NCBI RefSeq assembly: GCF_000143415.4
Contig: NW_003314298.1
Coordinates: 372,001 to 436,000 of the forward strand
From: Selaginella moellendorffii
Taxonomy: Eukaryota; Plantae; Lycopodiophyta
DNA length: 64,000 bases
Reading direction: 5' to 3'
A program made the translations under genes and the position numbers. A model generated the notes under the pieces. It made no database searches, was not told the origin of the DNA, and saw nothing but the letters and a program-made list of their open reading frames with translations. This document shows positions 1 to 12,974 of the stretch, in pieces; the first letter of the stretch is position 1, and each line of letters opens with the position of its first letter.

Positions 1-300
1 GCCTTACACTTCCCTCCTCATATCAAATTCACCCTGTTTTTCACTCCTCTCTCCTTGAGCCTTATATTACTAGTCTTATTCCAAATTGGGTCATTCCTCC
101 GCCTCCACCAGTGTAGCTCGAGGATGGGTCTAACTACGAGGTTCAGGACGTCCTTGATTCCAAGATCTCACAGTCTAAACTCTACTATTTGGTCGACTGG
201 AAGGGTTATGGACCTAAGGAACGCACTTGGGAACTTGCAGACAACCTGATTCATTCTCCTGACCTTTTTTAGGACTTCCACCGCAACTATCCTTCTCATC
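1..300 (+). mobile_element. Decayed Ty3/Gypsy (chromovirus-type) integrase C-terminus and chromodomain
   Basis: Manual translation gives IHPVFHSSLLEPY (integrase C-terminal motif), then EVQDVLDSK..LYYLVDWKGYGPKERTWE..NL (chromodomain), with stop codons. Confidence 0.8.
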
Positions 301-393
301 CCAGTCCTCATTCTTTTTCTCCATCTCCCATCCCTCGCCACTCATCTCATCCTCCTCTTCGTTCTCGTTCACGTCCTTGTTCCACTCGTTCTT

Positions 394-793
394 AAGGAGG
401 GGGTGCTATCAGGAATCCCCCAATTCTTGCCACATTCCTGACTCTCGCGGGATTCCTGACTTGCAGACCACATTCCTGACTCTCGAGATACTTTCCTATT
501 CCTGACTCTCAAGACACTTCCCTATTCTTGACTCTCTGATTTCCTGTATGATTCCTGAGTCTCGAGCCACATTCCTGATGATGATGTAGCGCCTCCTCGA
601 CCTCAGTTATATTTGAGCTATCCTTGATCCAAGAGTGGTGGAGCTTCATCAACCTATAGTATACATAAGTTAGCCTTGTTCCATTTCTCCACAATCTGAA
701 TCAACACTAGTCTAAGGCCTCTTCTTTGTTTCCACTAGCTTTTCTCTTTGTCTTTTGCATTTTCCAGTCTTGATCTTGTTGGGGGTCTTGACA
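394..793 (+). mobile_element. Polypurine tract and 3' LTR of the chromovirus element
   Basis: PPT AAGGAGGGGG at ~394-403. LTR starts TATCAGG at 407 (decayed TGTCA..) and ends CTTGACA at 793. Internal ATTCCTGACTCTCG repeats. Confidence 0.7.
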
Positions 794-892
794 CAGGACA
801 CATCAGAGTGCTGTAAGGAACCAACTCCCCGAGATGTCATAGGCTAAAGGATCCCTTAAAGCACGACCGAAATGATAAAGAGTTCATCAGAT

Positions 893-1345
893 TGGACCGA
901 GTTCGAGATCGAGTCCAAGACCAACTTTGGGACCAAGTTTGAGATAGAGTCCGGGATTGAGTCTGAGGCCAACTCTGAGACCAAGTTTGAGACTGAGTCC
1001 GAGATCCAAAATCAGGTCCAAAACTGAGTCTGAGGTTGAGTCCAAGGTCGAGTATGAGATTGGGTCCGAGGTCGAGTTTGAGATCGAGTCCGAGACCAAG
1101 TCCGAGGTCGGGTCCGAGATCAAGTTCAAGACTGAGTCTGAGAACTAATACAGGTCGAGGGGTGGAAGCCCAAAGCGTGCATCTCCCAAGGGGGGGGGGG
1201 GGGGGGGGGGGGGTTTCCCAGGGTACCCCCAAAATTTTTAGGGGGAGGGGGGGCTCAAAAACCCCCCTTGAGGGACCCCCCAAAGGGGGTTCCCAAACCA
1301 ACTTGGGGTTAAAACAAGGGCTAGGGGGCCTTGGGTGGGAGTGAG
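893..1345. repeat. Degenerate hexamer-based minisatellite (GAGTCC/GAGACC/GAGATC) followed by a poly-G tract
   Basis: Visible 6-bp periodicity from ~893 to 1145 and a G-run at ~1190-1213. Explains the low-complexity ORFs in this interval. Confidence 0.8.
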
Positions 1346-1949
1346 CATGGACTCAAGTGGTGCTAGAAGGGCCACCCAAAGAAGTGCTCAATAGCAACTC
1401 CCACTCCCGGAAGGGAAACCGACTATGGTGCTCCCAGCTCATGTGGAGTGGTGCCGCATTTGAGTACCTTGTGGCTCATTGGTCCTCGCCCTTCCTAGGG
1501 GCTTGAGCCTTCCCTTCAGGATGGAAGTGGGGGAATAGGGGCACCTATACCAAACCATTAGGCCACGATATTTCCCTTCAGTGTCCTGAAGCAAGTGTTG
1601 CATCGAAGGCTTGGGATTTAGAGGGTCCCATAATCAAGTTTTGTTGTACTAAGGGATGTTAGAAACCTGGTGGCTTGGTGTGCTTGGCTATTTATGCCTG
1701 CGAAGAGTGTAGCCGAACCTTAAGTCCAATTTAACCTGGGGAGGTAAATTGAGAGAGATTTGGGAATCTGTGGATGGATGGCTAATGCTCCGTTATTCGT
1801 GTAGTGAGTAGTTGAAACTAAGTAGAACCAAGTAGGATTTAATACAATAGGTGGGAACCTTGACGAGGGAACTTAACTAAAGCAAAGGTCGTGATGGTTG
1901 GATAGACGAGGTAAGCTAGCAAATTGAAAAGGAAAATTTTGTGGCTTAT

Positions 1950-3800
1950 AATATTCTAACTACACTTAACCTTTTATTTTGCACGTGAATAATTCTGATA
2001 TTGGCTTTAGAAGTGTGTTGATGCAAGAGAGCCCAAGTATGCCTAGTTAGCACCATCCCATTGTGTATATAAGCCATACATTACAACTAACGGAGGTGAA
2101 CTACTCCACGACAGGAAAAGAGCATTTAGCAGTAGTCTAGGGTTTCAAAAAATTTCATACATATTTACATGGTTCTCGAACGTTACTTAAAGGTGATCAT
2201 GCTACCATTACTACATTATTGAAGCGAAAGAAACTGGTTGGTTGTATTACTTGGTGGGCTTTGAAGTTTTAGATATATGATTTTAATGTTATTCATCACC
2301 CAGGTAGTTTTATGCCTGATATTGATGCCCTTTCTTGAGCTCCTCTTCCTTCTTCACTCTCTTCTCATGTTTTGGATGAACCTATTATTTCAGCATCTGT
2401 GGATTTTCTAAACGAGGATTCTATGTTGTTAGCAGTTGTTGTACCTATGTTTAGTGTCCATAAGATGCAAAGCAAAATCTATCTTCTCTTGATAAGGTTT
2501 ATGAGGCTCTAAAGATTGAACTGTGGATTCAAAAGCTTCGAGATGGGTTTGAAAATTCTACATTACTTATTGATGACTTGCCATTCTGGCATTTACATTC
2601 TTAGTATCGCCTTTAAGATAGCCTTCTTTATTTTGTGGGGACAGATCCTTATAATCCTTTATGGCTAGTGGTACCTTCTGTCTTTATTCCACAGATTCTC
2701 CATGCCTACCATGATTCTCTTATTCTATGTGGGTATATGGGACATTGTCGTGTGACCGAGAAGCTACGCAAGTATTTCTATTAGCCGGAGATACGACGTG
2801 ATGTTATTTGATATGTGCATAACTATGTTTGGTGCCAAGCTCGCAATACTCCCCCTCATACTGCAGAAGGACAGTTGGAGGCAATTGTAGTTTCCTGTCC
2901 ATTTGAGTTGGTGGCATTTAATCTTCTAGAACCTTTTTCACGGTCGACTGCTAGCAATAAGTATATTGTTATTGCTTCTGACTACTTGATTCGTTGGGTG
3001 GAAGTTGGTGCTCTTGCTAGTGCATTTGCAACTGCTATTAGATACTTCCTCCTCAATTGAGTGGTATTCCAGCATTCTTCTCCAAAGCAAATTCTTTCAG
3101 ATAATTGTCCCGCATTTATGGCTGAGGTATTTCATGTTTTGACATCTTGGTTGGGGATACGTCACACTTTCATGAGTGCTTATCATCCACAATCCAACGG
3201 TCTGGTAGAATGGCTTGTTCAGACGTTCAAAGGGATGATTGCGAAATATGTGAACTTTTAGCATTCGGATTGGGATGGTTATTTGCCATCTCTTCGATAT
3301 GCATATGTCACAAGGGTGCAGAGTTCTATTGGTGTTTCATCATATAAACTCCTATATGGTCATGCTCCAATTTTACCAATGGAGCTTGGTTTACCTTTGC
3401 GATGAGTTGCTGATGCTAAGTCATAAGATTAGTATTTGACGAGTATTCTTCCACTTGTTCAAACAAAGTCTGCTGAACATTTAGGCCACATACAAATGGG
3501 ACAACAATAGCACTATAACTTCTATCATCGTCCACCTATAGAGTACAAGGTAGATAACTTGGTGTTAGTCTGTTTTCCCCATCTTACAGTACGTGGTTTA
3601 TCTAAGGGGCTCCTTGCTCAATGGAAAGGACCATATCAGGTGTTGCAGCAAGTTGGACCACAAGTTTATGAAGTTTAGCATGACATCTAATAGGTTGATC
3701 CTCCAGAGATTGTGCATGTGCAGCGGTTGAAACGCTTCATACTAAGGGATCAGGAATAGTTAATTCCACCTACAGATCCACCATTGCCTCCTCTTGACTT
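1950..3800 (+). mobile_element. Decayed Ty3/Gypsy pol (RNase H, zinc-binding HHCC, integrase core)
   Basis: RNase H-like LHVNNSDIGFRSVLMQ and NYSTTGKEHLAV. Integrase core PFELVAFNL..PKQILSDN..SAYHPQSNGLVE. C-terminal WKGPYQV..VHVQRLKRF. Many in-frame stops. Confidence 0.85.
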
Positions 3801-3854
3801 TCCTCCCAATCCCGGCCCATCTACAAGAGAATCCTAATGATCTTCCATTATTCC

Positions 3855-4045
3855 AAGAGGAGGGGATGATGTGAGGGCCAAGTGTACAGCTACAATGCCG
3901 TATACTAATATTAGCATAGTGGGATTTTGGTAGCCGTCGGATTGGTTTTAATCTGGACCACTCGCTCCTATATATAAGCTAGGGTTTTTAGGCTAATTGA
4001 TATGCACATTTTCTATATTCCCTTTCCATATTCCATGCACTCACA
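3855..4045 (+). mobile_element. PPT and short 3' LTR (~176 bp) of the second Gypsy element
   Basis: PPT AAGAGGAGGGGA directly before TGTGAG (3870). LTR ends in the inverted CTCACA (4040-4045). Internal TATATATAA. Confidence 0.7.
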
Positions 4046-5425
4046 ATGTTACATATAAAGTATGTTTTTATTTGGGATATAAACAAATTTAGAATCCTAA
4101 AAATGTCAAGAAAACTAATATATAACTACCCAAACTCATAGAAATATAAAGAAGAATTACTAAGATTAATTATCATTAATTTAGAGAAGCATTATTTAAT
4201 TATTATGTGTTTACTTGGAATATGAATAAATATATAACTAACATTAATATATTACTCAGACCCAAACATAACCTAAAATTAAAAAATTGTACATAACCAC
4301 CTAGAAATAGAATCAAAATAAATTAATTTAATTTTAAGTAATGTAGATTTAGTAAAGAGTTATACCATATGTCTTTCTTAAAATATAGAACAATAAAATT
4401 TTAAGAACACTAATCTACTACCCAGACCCAAGTAAAACTAACAAAAGAAATACAAAAAAAATTTGTTATTAATATATAAACTATAATTCAAAACCTGATA
4501 TTCTATATTTGTAAGATTTATGAAGGTGTTTAATTTGTTTATATGCTAACCCACACCTTGAGCATGTTGTAATTGCCTGATCAATACATCAATATAGCTT
4601 CTCTATTTATCAACTAAACATATACATAAAGAAGAAAATTGTAAGACAGGGTAAGTGTCATCTTAATTATAGTAACTGATTGAGGCAAGTTTAAATCAAA
4701 ATGAATTTTAATCATAGTATCCAAGCTAGTGAACAATATTCTCAGCCCAATGGTTTCACCACCTAAGCAATATCTCTTGTACAATCACTAGCAAACTTAG
4801 TAGCCATGCCTTACGGAAACCCCAAGAGCTGTTATTCTCATGCCCACACAATACTTTGCAAGAGTTTTCCAAAAGTCAATAAAAATTGATAAGCAATGCA
4901 GAAGGGCCATAGACCCACAGCAAACAACATTTTTTGTTGCCTACTGTCCATGGTTTATGCCCCAACACCCAACCTTCACCCACAACCAGAGGAAGGTGGA
5001 ATAGCAAAAGAGCTTGTGCTTACCCCAACTTTTGATCAACCACAATGGACTTGATGCTCTCGGCCTTCTGCTGCTGGAACTCTTGCGCGAGCAGAAGCAG
5101 TGGGAAATAAAATCCTGGCTTTGCAATCCAGGTAGCCCCAGAGCTTGGTTCTCTAGTGCGCAGAGAGGCAGCAACACAGCCTAGCAGTGCAGAGCAAGCA
5201 ATACAAGAGCCTGTTAAACAGGCACGCTCATCAGACGGCTGCAATTGGCTGGATCCAGTGGCCCAGAAAGTTCAGCACTCAGTCCTTATTATGATAGATT
5301 TACTCAAATAATAATACATATAACAAAGACGTGCTTGCATTGCGCCACCTGTGTTAGACCACTTGTCCGCTGTTGATTTGCCGCTTGGTGCGAACAGAGG
5401 AAGCTCGCTAGGGTATTTGGCTGCG

Positions 5426-5851
5426 ATGGGCGATCCTAAACAAGGTAAGCACGAGAGATGGTTGCCATGTTTGTTTCAATACCTTAGATAAGTTTGTGAT
5501 CATGCAGAAGCATCACCAACATCGCAAGTGGTGACTGACGACTCCGGGCCCGTCAAAGTGAGCTACGAAATCGAGCAGGGCGAAGAGGGCACCTATCACT
5601 CCCTCAAGCACAACGTCGAGGACAAGCTCCATCTGGGCAACCAACCCGCTCCAGGAGCTCCAGAAACTCGAGAGCAGCACGCAACTCCGGATCCAACGAA
5701 GCCCCGTTCATCGCTTACCACTCTGACACAGCAAGATCTTTCTTGTCCAACTTGGCAGCAAGAGCACGAGTCCACCAAGCTCAAAGTCCAGCGCGGAGAG
5801 GAGATCGGAACCGGGTATGAGCCAGACTCGGACTCGTCTGGCATCGCGTAA
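5426..5851 (+). CDS. Small hydrophilic protein of unknown function, possibly LEA/stress-like (2 exons: 5426-5444, 5508-5851)
   Basis: ATG at 5426 and a GT-AG intron 5445-5507 splice in frame into ORF 5528-5851. Charged, hydrophilic composition. ACGTG and CACCTG motifs upstream. Confidence 0.55.
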
Positions 5852-6693
5852 GTGCCTTGGAGTTGATGTTTCCACTGCTTCTCCGGATGTAAAATGACTT
5901 AAAAGTTGGTCTTTTGGACACCCAAGCAAGCGATTCATCCTTATCCCCTGTACTGCCGTCTTGCTTTGTCCCTGGCTATCCTGCCTCAGCACCGCTGCGT
6001 CGATGATGAAAGAATGCGAATCATCGAATCCATCTCCACCTCTTTCCACCATCGCCGTCGTCGATCCTCGAGCACAAGTACTGACCACCGAGTTCCATGA
6101 TATGCTTACAAAAGCTCTACGGTCGAGTGAGCAGGGAACTTCTCTCTGGCCCGGCTCGGCTTTTCCCTGCACGGGATTCCTCTTTCCACATGCCCCCGGA
6201 ACCCGGCCACCGTCTTTGAGTTGCTTTCTCTTGTTTGCTGGCGGGTGTTGAGGTTCCGTGGCACACCAGCCAAAACTTTTGTCCCTTGAATCCACTGGTC
6301 ACTTCGCAGTACTCTACTTTCCCGGAACCAAGCAGGCCCAGTACTCTACTTTCCCGGAATCAAGCAGGCCCACTTTTTCCTGCCTTTGATGTCTAATTCC
6401 ATCCAGGAAGCCCAGTAACGCACAGCAATAGCAGCAGTAGCACTCACTGGAGCACCACTTATGAACCTCACTTCTTCCTTGGATCCTGAGCTGGAGAAGA
6501 GTGGAGAGCACTAAAGCCGTGCCATAGTCTGTCTGTATTATAATCCTTCACCTGTGTGAGCCGGCTGTTGAAGCTGATCACTGCAACAATCCCGGCCAGC
6601 TTTCCACAGATGAATACTTTAGCAAGCACATCACTCTCGGAGGCCTTACAGAGGACTTAACGTACGTGGTCATGAAGCAAGGCGTGTGGATGC

Positions 6694-9058
6694 TCACGAT
6701 ATGGAGTGCCGTCTCCTCCTGTTGTTCATGCCGGACTTGGCGTTGGGGACGTTGGACGAGTCCTTGAACCTGAAAGGATTGAGCTTGCTCAGCGTTTTGG
6801 TAACCGAGGACAGGAACTTGCTGCTGGATCCTGTCTTCTGGATGCCCTCTTTCATGTTGACGTGGTCTTTCTCCAGATCCGTCAGCCGCATTCTCATCCT
6901 GGCCACCTCCAGCTTGAGCTCCCTGTTCTCCCGTCTAATGGACGAGTAATGGTCCCTGGGTGATATGGCTGCGCTGAGGCCCCCGGGACCAGCTGCCTTT
7001 TGGGAATACGGACCCACCTGTTCCCCATCCACGAATGAAGTTGTCATGGCAGTGCGCAGCCTCATCTGTTCGTAGTAAAGGACCTGCACGACCATCTGGA
7101 CGGGTAGCCTCTCGTTCTGCGCTGCATGCTGGCACGCCTCCTGTGACAACTTTTGGACGTCCAGAAGCTTGCACAGCTTCTTGCGCTCCAGATCGCTCAG
7201 AGCCGGATGGGCCTGTGAGTGAGACAACGCAATCAGCAAAGCAAGGAAGTGGGAATCTTTAGAGGATGGACGACATACCTTTAGATAAATGTCGACGGCC
7301 CTGTAGAGGCTGTCGTCCACGAGCCGAGCGTGATCTGGAAAGAGCTCCGCGAGAGCGATAAACTTGCTCACCTTGAGGTTGGGGTCGGGCGCTACCTCCG
7401 CAAGGTAGCCGTCCATCAGCTTGGCCACCCTCATGAGAGCACTTTGGGAAGGAGAAGCGCCACCGTCCGACTCGTACATGACTTTGTTGTCGTCGCTTTC
7501 CTGCTTGAGGAAACTGACGACTATCCGATGGATAATGTCGACGTCGAACAGTGTATCGCCAGAATAAGAAAATGCCGGGACCAGCAGATCATCCAGTGTG
7601 GCCCTCTCGAGCTGCATGCCAATCCTCTGTTCCAGATCTATCCTGCAAGCCACGGTAGTGTCCAGGATGAGGGCCGTTCGCAGGAGACCGAACAGGAAGC
7701 TGCACGAGATGGAGTTCTTCTCGCGTGGTAGCATGCTCACGATTGTCTCCACCAGAATCCGCTGCTCGTGCTCAATGGCAGTGGCACTGTCGTGAACTTT
7801 GAGCTTTGTCCGCGATGAATCTCGCGCCACCTGTTTCCTGTTGAAACCTTTGAGAGCTCGATGAGCATAGTGCATGAGAGCCGCTCCAATCGTCTCGTGT
7901 CGCAGGCCCCTGGACATCATCGCTGCTAGAACGCGCTGGTAAAAGTCGATGCGGAGGATGGATAAGTCCTCAGCCCACCAGTCGACAGGACCCTTTGGCT
8001 GCAAGCTCTCCATTCTCTCTGAGTTGCTGAAGTCGGTGTGTGAAGATAAGCTCGACAATTGCTCCCGGCACACCTCCGTTGCCGCGGCGTCAACACACCT
8101 GTTGACGATCTTGAGCTCCTCAGCTAGAGGAAGTAGACTCTCGCAGCTGTGCAGCACCGCCACCGCGTTTGAAAGATTCTGTGTAGCAATCTCGTCGATG
8201 AAGGCCTCGGTGCGAGCCACGAGATTGCCATCCCCGTAGTCCTCCGTCATGTCAAGGTACTCGGCAGCGCAACGGAGAGTAGCAACATTCGTCACGCTTA
8301 TCTCAAAGTTGATCCCATAGCAGAACTTGGCCGCGAGCTCAAACGCTTCGGGGCCTCCAGGTAGATCCGAGAGCTTAATGAACGACACATCAAGTTCCCT
8401 AGAGTCCCCAGCAACCAGCTTGCGAATTTTTCCGCTCCTCGACACAAGGGGGAACTACGCAATGGCAAACAAGTTCCACCGTTAGTTTGCACAAAGAAAA
8501 CAAGGTAAGATAGCTCGCTAGAAAGTGACTCTCAGTCAAGAAAGAGTTGAAAGAATCAAAAGGAAAGAGATCATTGTTATCAAACCTTGTGAAGAGCGAA
8601 GCTGACGCCTCCAGCCTCCACGAGCACGTCGGTGGGAACATCAGTAGACATTACCCTGGAATCATTCCACGACCACAGCATTTAGTAGCAATTTTCTAGT
8701 CCGACGCTTTCTATGTCATAGATTTTCTTAAAGCTTGGAAGATCTAGGAACACAAACAAGACCACCACTCACTCCAGTCACTTGAGATGTTACCTCAAAT
8801 GCAGCACTCGCGTCTGGAGCTCTAGTTAGAGTTGATCACTCAGACAATACGCTCGATCACTCGGCGCCCATCTCTCTGCACAAAGTCACATGAAGCTGCG
8901 CAAGGCGCCTAGAAAGAAAATATTTTCGGCAAGCAAGAAAACTCTAAGAAATCGCGGGGCGAGCGAGGAATTTACCATTCTGCCGTGCGCTTGGCTGCCG
9001 ATGACACTGTGGATCGCTTCATGGCCGAGAACTTGTCAACTTTTCCCATGAGCGTCAT
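6694..9058 (-). CDS. NCH1: NPH3/RPT2-like (NRL) BTB-NPH3 protein, NCH1/RPT2 clade (exons 9058-8976, 8655-8586, 8454-7279, 7212-6694)
   Basis: BTB motifs FALHKFPLVSRSG and PGGPEAFELAAKFCYG, NPH3 domain, HAAQNERLP, coiled coil SPRDHYSSIRRENRELKLEVARMRMRLTDLEKDH, C-terminal RRHSIS. Canonical splice sites. Confidence 0.9.
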
Positions 9059-9869
9059 ATTTCCAGCGCAGTCGCAGCAATGCGGCCCAAATCCCAGCCA
9101 ATGCAGGCACCAGACCCCGAATTTCCGCCCCGGGAGATCACACACAACGCGGATCGCATCACCTTAGCAGCGCCAGGCCGCGCGATCGGCTCGATTCCAA
9201 AACCCTCGCCCGCCGCAAAAGAGAGAGAGAGGAAGGGAGCTCAAGAACACGAACAAGAGCGAGGTTTTAGGTAACAATGCCACTGCTAAATCTTTCTTAC
9301 CGGCAGGGGCATATTCCGGCGCCGGTAAGTTTGCCTGGAGCTATAGACAAATCTTTTGTTGGGCCGTGATCCTTGACAGCGATAGTGCGTGCCAGACATC
9401 ATATAAAAATCCGCATTTTTTAAATACGGGTTTGACACCGACGTGATCTTGTATTTTACCTTTCCATATCCAGTATCTCTCTTGGAATATTTTCTCCAAC
9501 CTTGTTTGTAGATCCTTCTAAGGTGGCAAATACGGTTTTTCTATCCTGGGTGAAATACCAAGTCGGGACAATGCTGACTGTACAGTAGACTTGACTTTTT
9601 CCATGGGCAAAATCTCTGCCAAACGTTGGAGCTGGTGTTTTTTATGTAACGTACGTGAAACAAAGGAATATATTTTGATTCATTGACAATAGCTATGTGT
9701 TAGGGCTGCCGCGCTGGCACGCTCCTGTCCACAAAAAACCTCTTTTCCGTTCTTGGATCTTCTGGAACAATCCAAAAACCATAGAGTTTCCTTTGTTAAG
9801 ATTTTATTCTCTTCCGCGATTAAAAATGCGTTTATATGTCCTCTAGTAAGAAATAGCAGCCACTACATA

Positions 9870-9970
9870 ATCACGTGCCACATTGTCGCCATGTGCGCGC
9901 TCGCCATACTTTCGCCATGCCGTATGGGATATTTGTACGCATCCACGTGGCAAAGATCCAACGGCTAAGC
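9870..9970 (+). promoter_or_regulatory. NDPK proximal promoter with G-boxes and an MSA-like CCAACGG
   Basis: TCACGTG at ~9871, CCACGTGG at ~9943 and ATCCAACGGCT at ~9956. Confidence 0.4.
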
Positions 9971-10045
9971 ACTCCTGGCCGCGTTTGCTAGGGTTCCTTG
10001 TTCTAGGGCTTGTGGGCGACAGTGCATTTGGCGACGATCGATCCC

Positions 10046-10839
10046 ATGGCGACGATGGAGCAGAGCTTCATTATGATCAAGCCCGATGGCGTGCAGCGAG
10101 GATTGGTATGGCGCCTCGATTCTTGCTAGGTTTCTAGTTTGTAGATTTTAGATTGAGTGGCCTCTTATTTCAGCTCCAGACGATTCCATCAATCTGGTGG
10201 CTTTGTTCTGGGGGCAAACAGAGAATTTCGGAGATAGCTATAGCCTTTGTAGTCACTCTTTTCTTCATCGGTTATATTGTTTTTAACAATCTCCGGGACA
10301 CTCACAGGTTGGGGAGATCATTGCGAGGTTTGAGAAGAAGGGATTCACGCTCAAAGGTATGGCTTTTGTGAGAAGTTCTATCGTAGTTCCCTTACGCTTT
10401 TCTTTTCATCATGTGTAGGACTGAGGCTGATGCAAATTGAGAAATCCTTCGCGGAGAAGCACTACGCGGATCTCTCAGCGAAGCCATTCTTTGGTGGTCT
10501 CGTCGAGTACGTGACTTCCGGCCCTGTTGTTGCGATGGTGTGGGAAGGGAAAGGTGTCGTGGAGACCGGCCGGAAGATCATCGGAGCCACGAACCCGGCT
10601 GCCTCGGCACCTGGAACCATCCGAGGGGACTTCGCCATCGACGTTGGAAGGTAAATTGCTCGGCATTGCTGCTTCAATCTCTTGCGAACTTAAAAAACTC
10701 TTCCCTGTCTCTCCGACCTTTCAGGAATGTGATCCATGGCAGCGACTCGGTCGACAATGCCAAGAAGGAGATCGCACTGTGGTTCCCCGATGGTGTCGTG
10801 GATTGGCAGAAGTCTGTCCACCCATGGATCTACGAGTGA
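10046..10839 (+). CDS. NDPK1: Cytosolic nucleoside diphosphate kinase 1 (4 exons)
   Basis: [53 protein letters not shown], catalytic NVIHGSDS, C-terminal WIYE. Confidence 0.95.
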
Positions 10840-11109
10840 TTGATCACGAGTGACGACGAAAGCCTTCGCATTTAAGTTTTGCGTTCTTGCAATTGATGAG
10901 AACTTTGTTTTGCTTTCTATCTTAATGACAATATATGTTCATGGCTTCCAATTGTTTATGTTCAAGTCAGGCAATCATATACAAGCACTAAAAGTTGATT
11001 GACAAAACAATCACTGGAACACAGCGAGCAAGTATATGACAAACAAATGGCTGCTAAAAAATAATCAAGCAAACGCTACTAAAGCTTTTAGAAGTTCCTC
11101 GACGATCGA

Positions 11110-12171
11110 TCAAAATTGCAGCATTCCAAAAGCACTGCCACAAGCACTGGTACCCGAGTAAGTGTCGAAACCGCTACTGCCATTCCCGAAATCCAATCCC
11201 CTGACCATAGACGTCGCCGCGTAATCCCACTCGTTGTTGAACACCACCGCTCCAAGACCCTGGGAGTAATACAAAGAGCTCGCACCATTGAAAGACCACG
11301 AAGAATACTCGGAGAGGAGATGATGATGATGATGATCCATGAAATCGGAGGAAAGCGACCCTGGCCAGTGGAAATCACTACCGAGACTTTGTTCTTCGCT
11401 ACCGGCAGAGAGGAGAGCTAGCGGCACGCGATCGCTGCTATCATCGCGATCGTTGCCGGCGATGGTAGTAGCGATAGCTGGAGCAATGGTGGGATGCGAG
11501 AAGGAGAGATCGAGCGGTGGCGGAGAATCGGGCTCGAGCTTTGGAATCTGATCAAGCGGATAGCTATACGCCGCCGCCGGGAATTCGAGGGCCGCGGCGA
11601 TGAGATGATCCAAACCATGATGCTGGCGGTTGTGGTGGTGAAAAAAGGTGACATCCTTCTCGGTCTTGATCGATGCCGTGTAGCTGCTGCTTGCGATGGA
11701 AGCTGGATTGGGCAGCTCGCCAGGGAAGAGCGTGAGGCTGCAGTCGGCGTGATGATGATCATCGATCGTGGCGCTAGCATCATCGAGCTGGAGCTCCTTG
11801 GGGAGAAAGGACCGTCGAAACTCCATGTCACGGACGTGCTTGGGATCCTTGTAGAGCTTGATCTTGAGCGATTCCCGCGCAACTTTGAGCTGCGCGCTTT
11901 GCTGCGATGCGTAGACGAAGTTGGTGCGCGCATCGGCGCCGCGCATCGCCCGCGCCGCCAGATCGTATGCCATAGCCGCATCCTCGGCAGTCTCAAACGT
12001 GCCCAGCCAGCGCCGCTCCTTCGTCTTTGGATCACGGATCTCCGCCGCGAACTTCCCCCACGGCCGCCTCCTCACGCCCCGGAACTTCTTCACGCCGTGA
12101 TTCGGCCGCAGCCCAACAGCCGGCGCTTCTAGCAAACGATCCCGCTGCACTTTGGCCGCCTTCTTCTTCAT
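11110..12171 (-). CDS. Intronless AP2/ERF transcription factor, DRN/ESR/LEP-like (ERF group VIII-b)
   Basis: Single AP2 domain [45 protein letters not shown]. First ATG at 12171. Confidence 0.9.
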   Translation of the reverse strand: MKKKAAKVQRDRLLEAPAVGLRPNHGVKKFRGVRRRPWGKFAAEIRDPKTKERRWLGTFETAEDAAMAYDLAARAMRGADARTNFVYASQQSAQLKVARESLKIKLYKDPKHVRDMEFRRSFLPKELQLDDASATIDDHHHADCSLTLFPGELPNPASIASSSYTASIKTEKDVTFFHHHNRQHHGLDHLIAAALEFPAAAYSYPLDQIPKLEPDSPPPLDLSFSHPTIAPAIATTIAGNDRDDSSDRVPLALLSAGSEEQSLGSDFHWPGSLSSDFMDHHHHHLLSEYSSWSFNGASSLYYSQGLGAVVFNNEWDYAATSMVRGLDFGNGSSGFDTYSGTSACGSAFGMLQF

Positions 12172-12289
12172 CTCGATCACGATCGCACGCGGGACGCTTT
12201 CGTTGGCAGAGAGAAAGACTATAGGGTTCTTCGATCTATTAGAATAGATCTCTCAAGCAAGGATGATTACACCATCGATTCTCCAAATC

Positions 12290-12605
12290 TAACCGACGTG
12301 ACACCCGGTACAAAGATCAATGTTTTGCGCCATATGGCCCAAACATCCCCCACGTACACGTATGCATGTCTAGCCCCACGTGATAATAATGCACGTGCAG
12401 CCGCTATGTGTTTTTAGCGGGCCAGCTAAATCTAGAGCCCCTAGGCCTGGAGAGGGGCAATGGATCAACCAGCTAGCTATCTTGTCGTAGTTTTCCAGCT
12501 AAGTTTAGAAGAAAGAGCGAGCCCATCATTGCTCCGTATGGAAACCGTCATGACATGCGCGACTCATACATACATCCCGAGAAAAAACAATGCACACGTG
12601 GGGGC
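12290..12605 (-). promoter_or_regulatory. G-box/ACGT cluster upstream of the ERF gene
   Basis: GACGTG at ~12295, CACGTACACGTA at ~12351, and CACGTG at ~12377, ~12392 and ~12595. Confidence 0.45.
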
Positions 12606-12974
12606 GCGAGCATGTGCTGGGCCAATGGGGGCACGCCTGGTCAGCATATCGTTGGCTAACGCTCGTCGATGTGATCATAGGTGGATGATGTGATAGGCAA
12701 ACTAGACCTAATCGCGTGCTGGCTAGCAGTAATTGGAGAAGATCTGTTGGGTTGCGGTGCCCGATTTTTTTCTTACTTTGTGGTTAATCGGCGATGTTAA
12801 GGCGAATCCAACCAAATCCAATGGCACTTTTATAGCGGTGTTCAAATAGTTTTCTTACCATGGGCCGTTGGGATTAGGGCCGACGTGGCGGTCTCTCAAG
12901 GTATACATTGTTTTGGAGGAGTTTATTTATGATCAGGAGAAGATCTTGACATTGGAGCTTTCCTGTCAAAGTTT

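Noticed and set aside
837-1344. Several 60-150 aa ORFs on both strands
   Set aside because: They are by-products of the hexamer repeat and poly-G tract, with low-complexity translations.
1190-1345. Poly-G/poly-C stretch as a functional G-quadruplex
   Set aside because: Homopolymer-rich sequence after a long G-run looks like degraded read quality, and the related copy at ~61.9 kb lacks the run.
5860-6600. ORF 5708-6295 (-) and a 33-bp tandem duplication at ~6307-6372
   Set aside because: No recognisable domain and non-ATG starts. The duplication is real but has only two copies and no evident function.
7213-7278. 22-aa 'insertion' in the NRL ORF (and a 17-aa one in AP5M at 51942-51992)
   Set aside because: These are ordinary GT-AG introns that happen to be in frame and stop-free.
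11418-12132. Long overlapping or antisense ORFs over GC-rich genes (also over IDD, the VFB F-box and PUB)
   Set aside because: Expected shadow ORFs in high-GC coding sequence.
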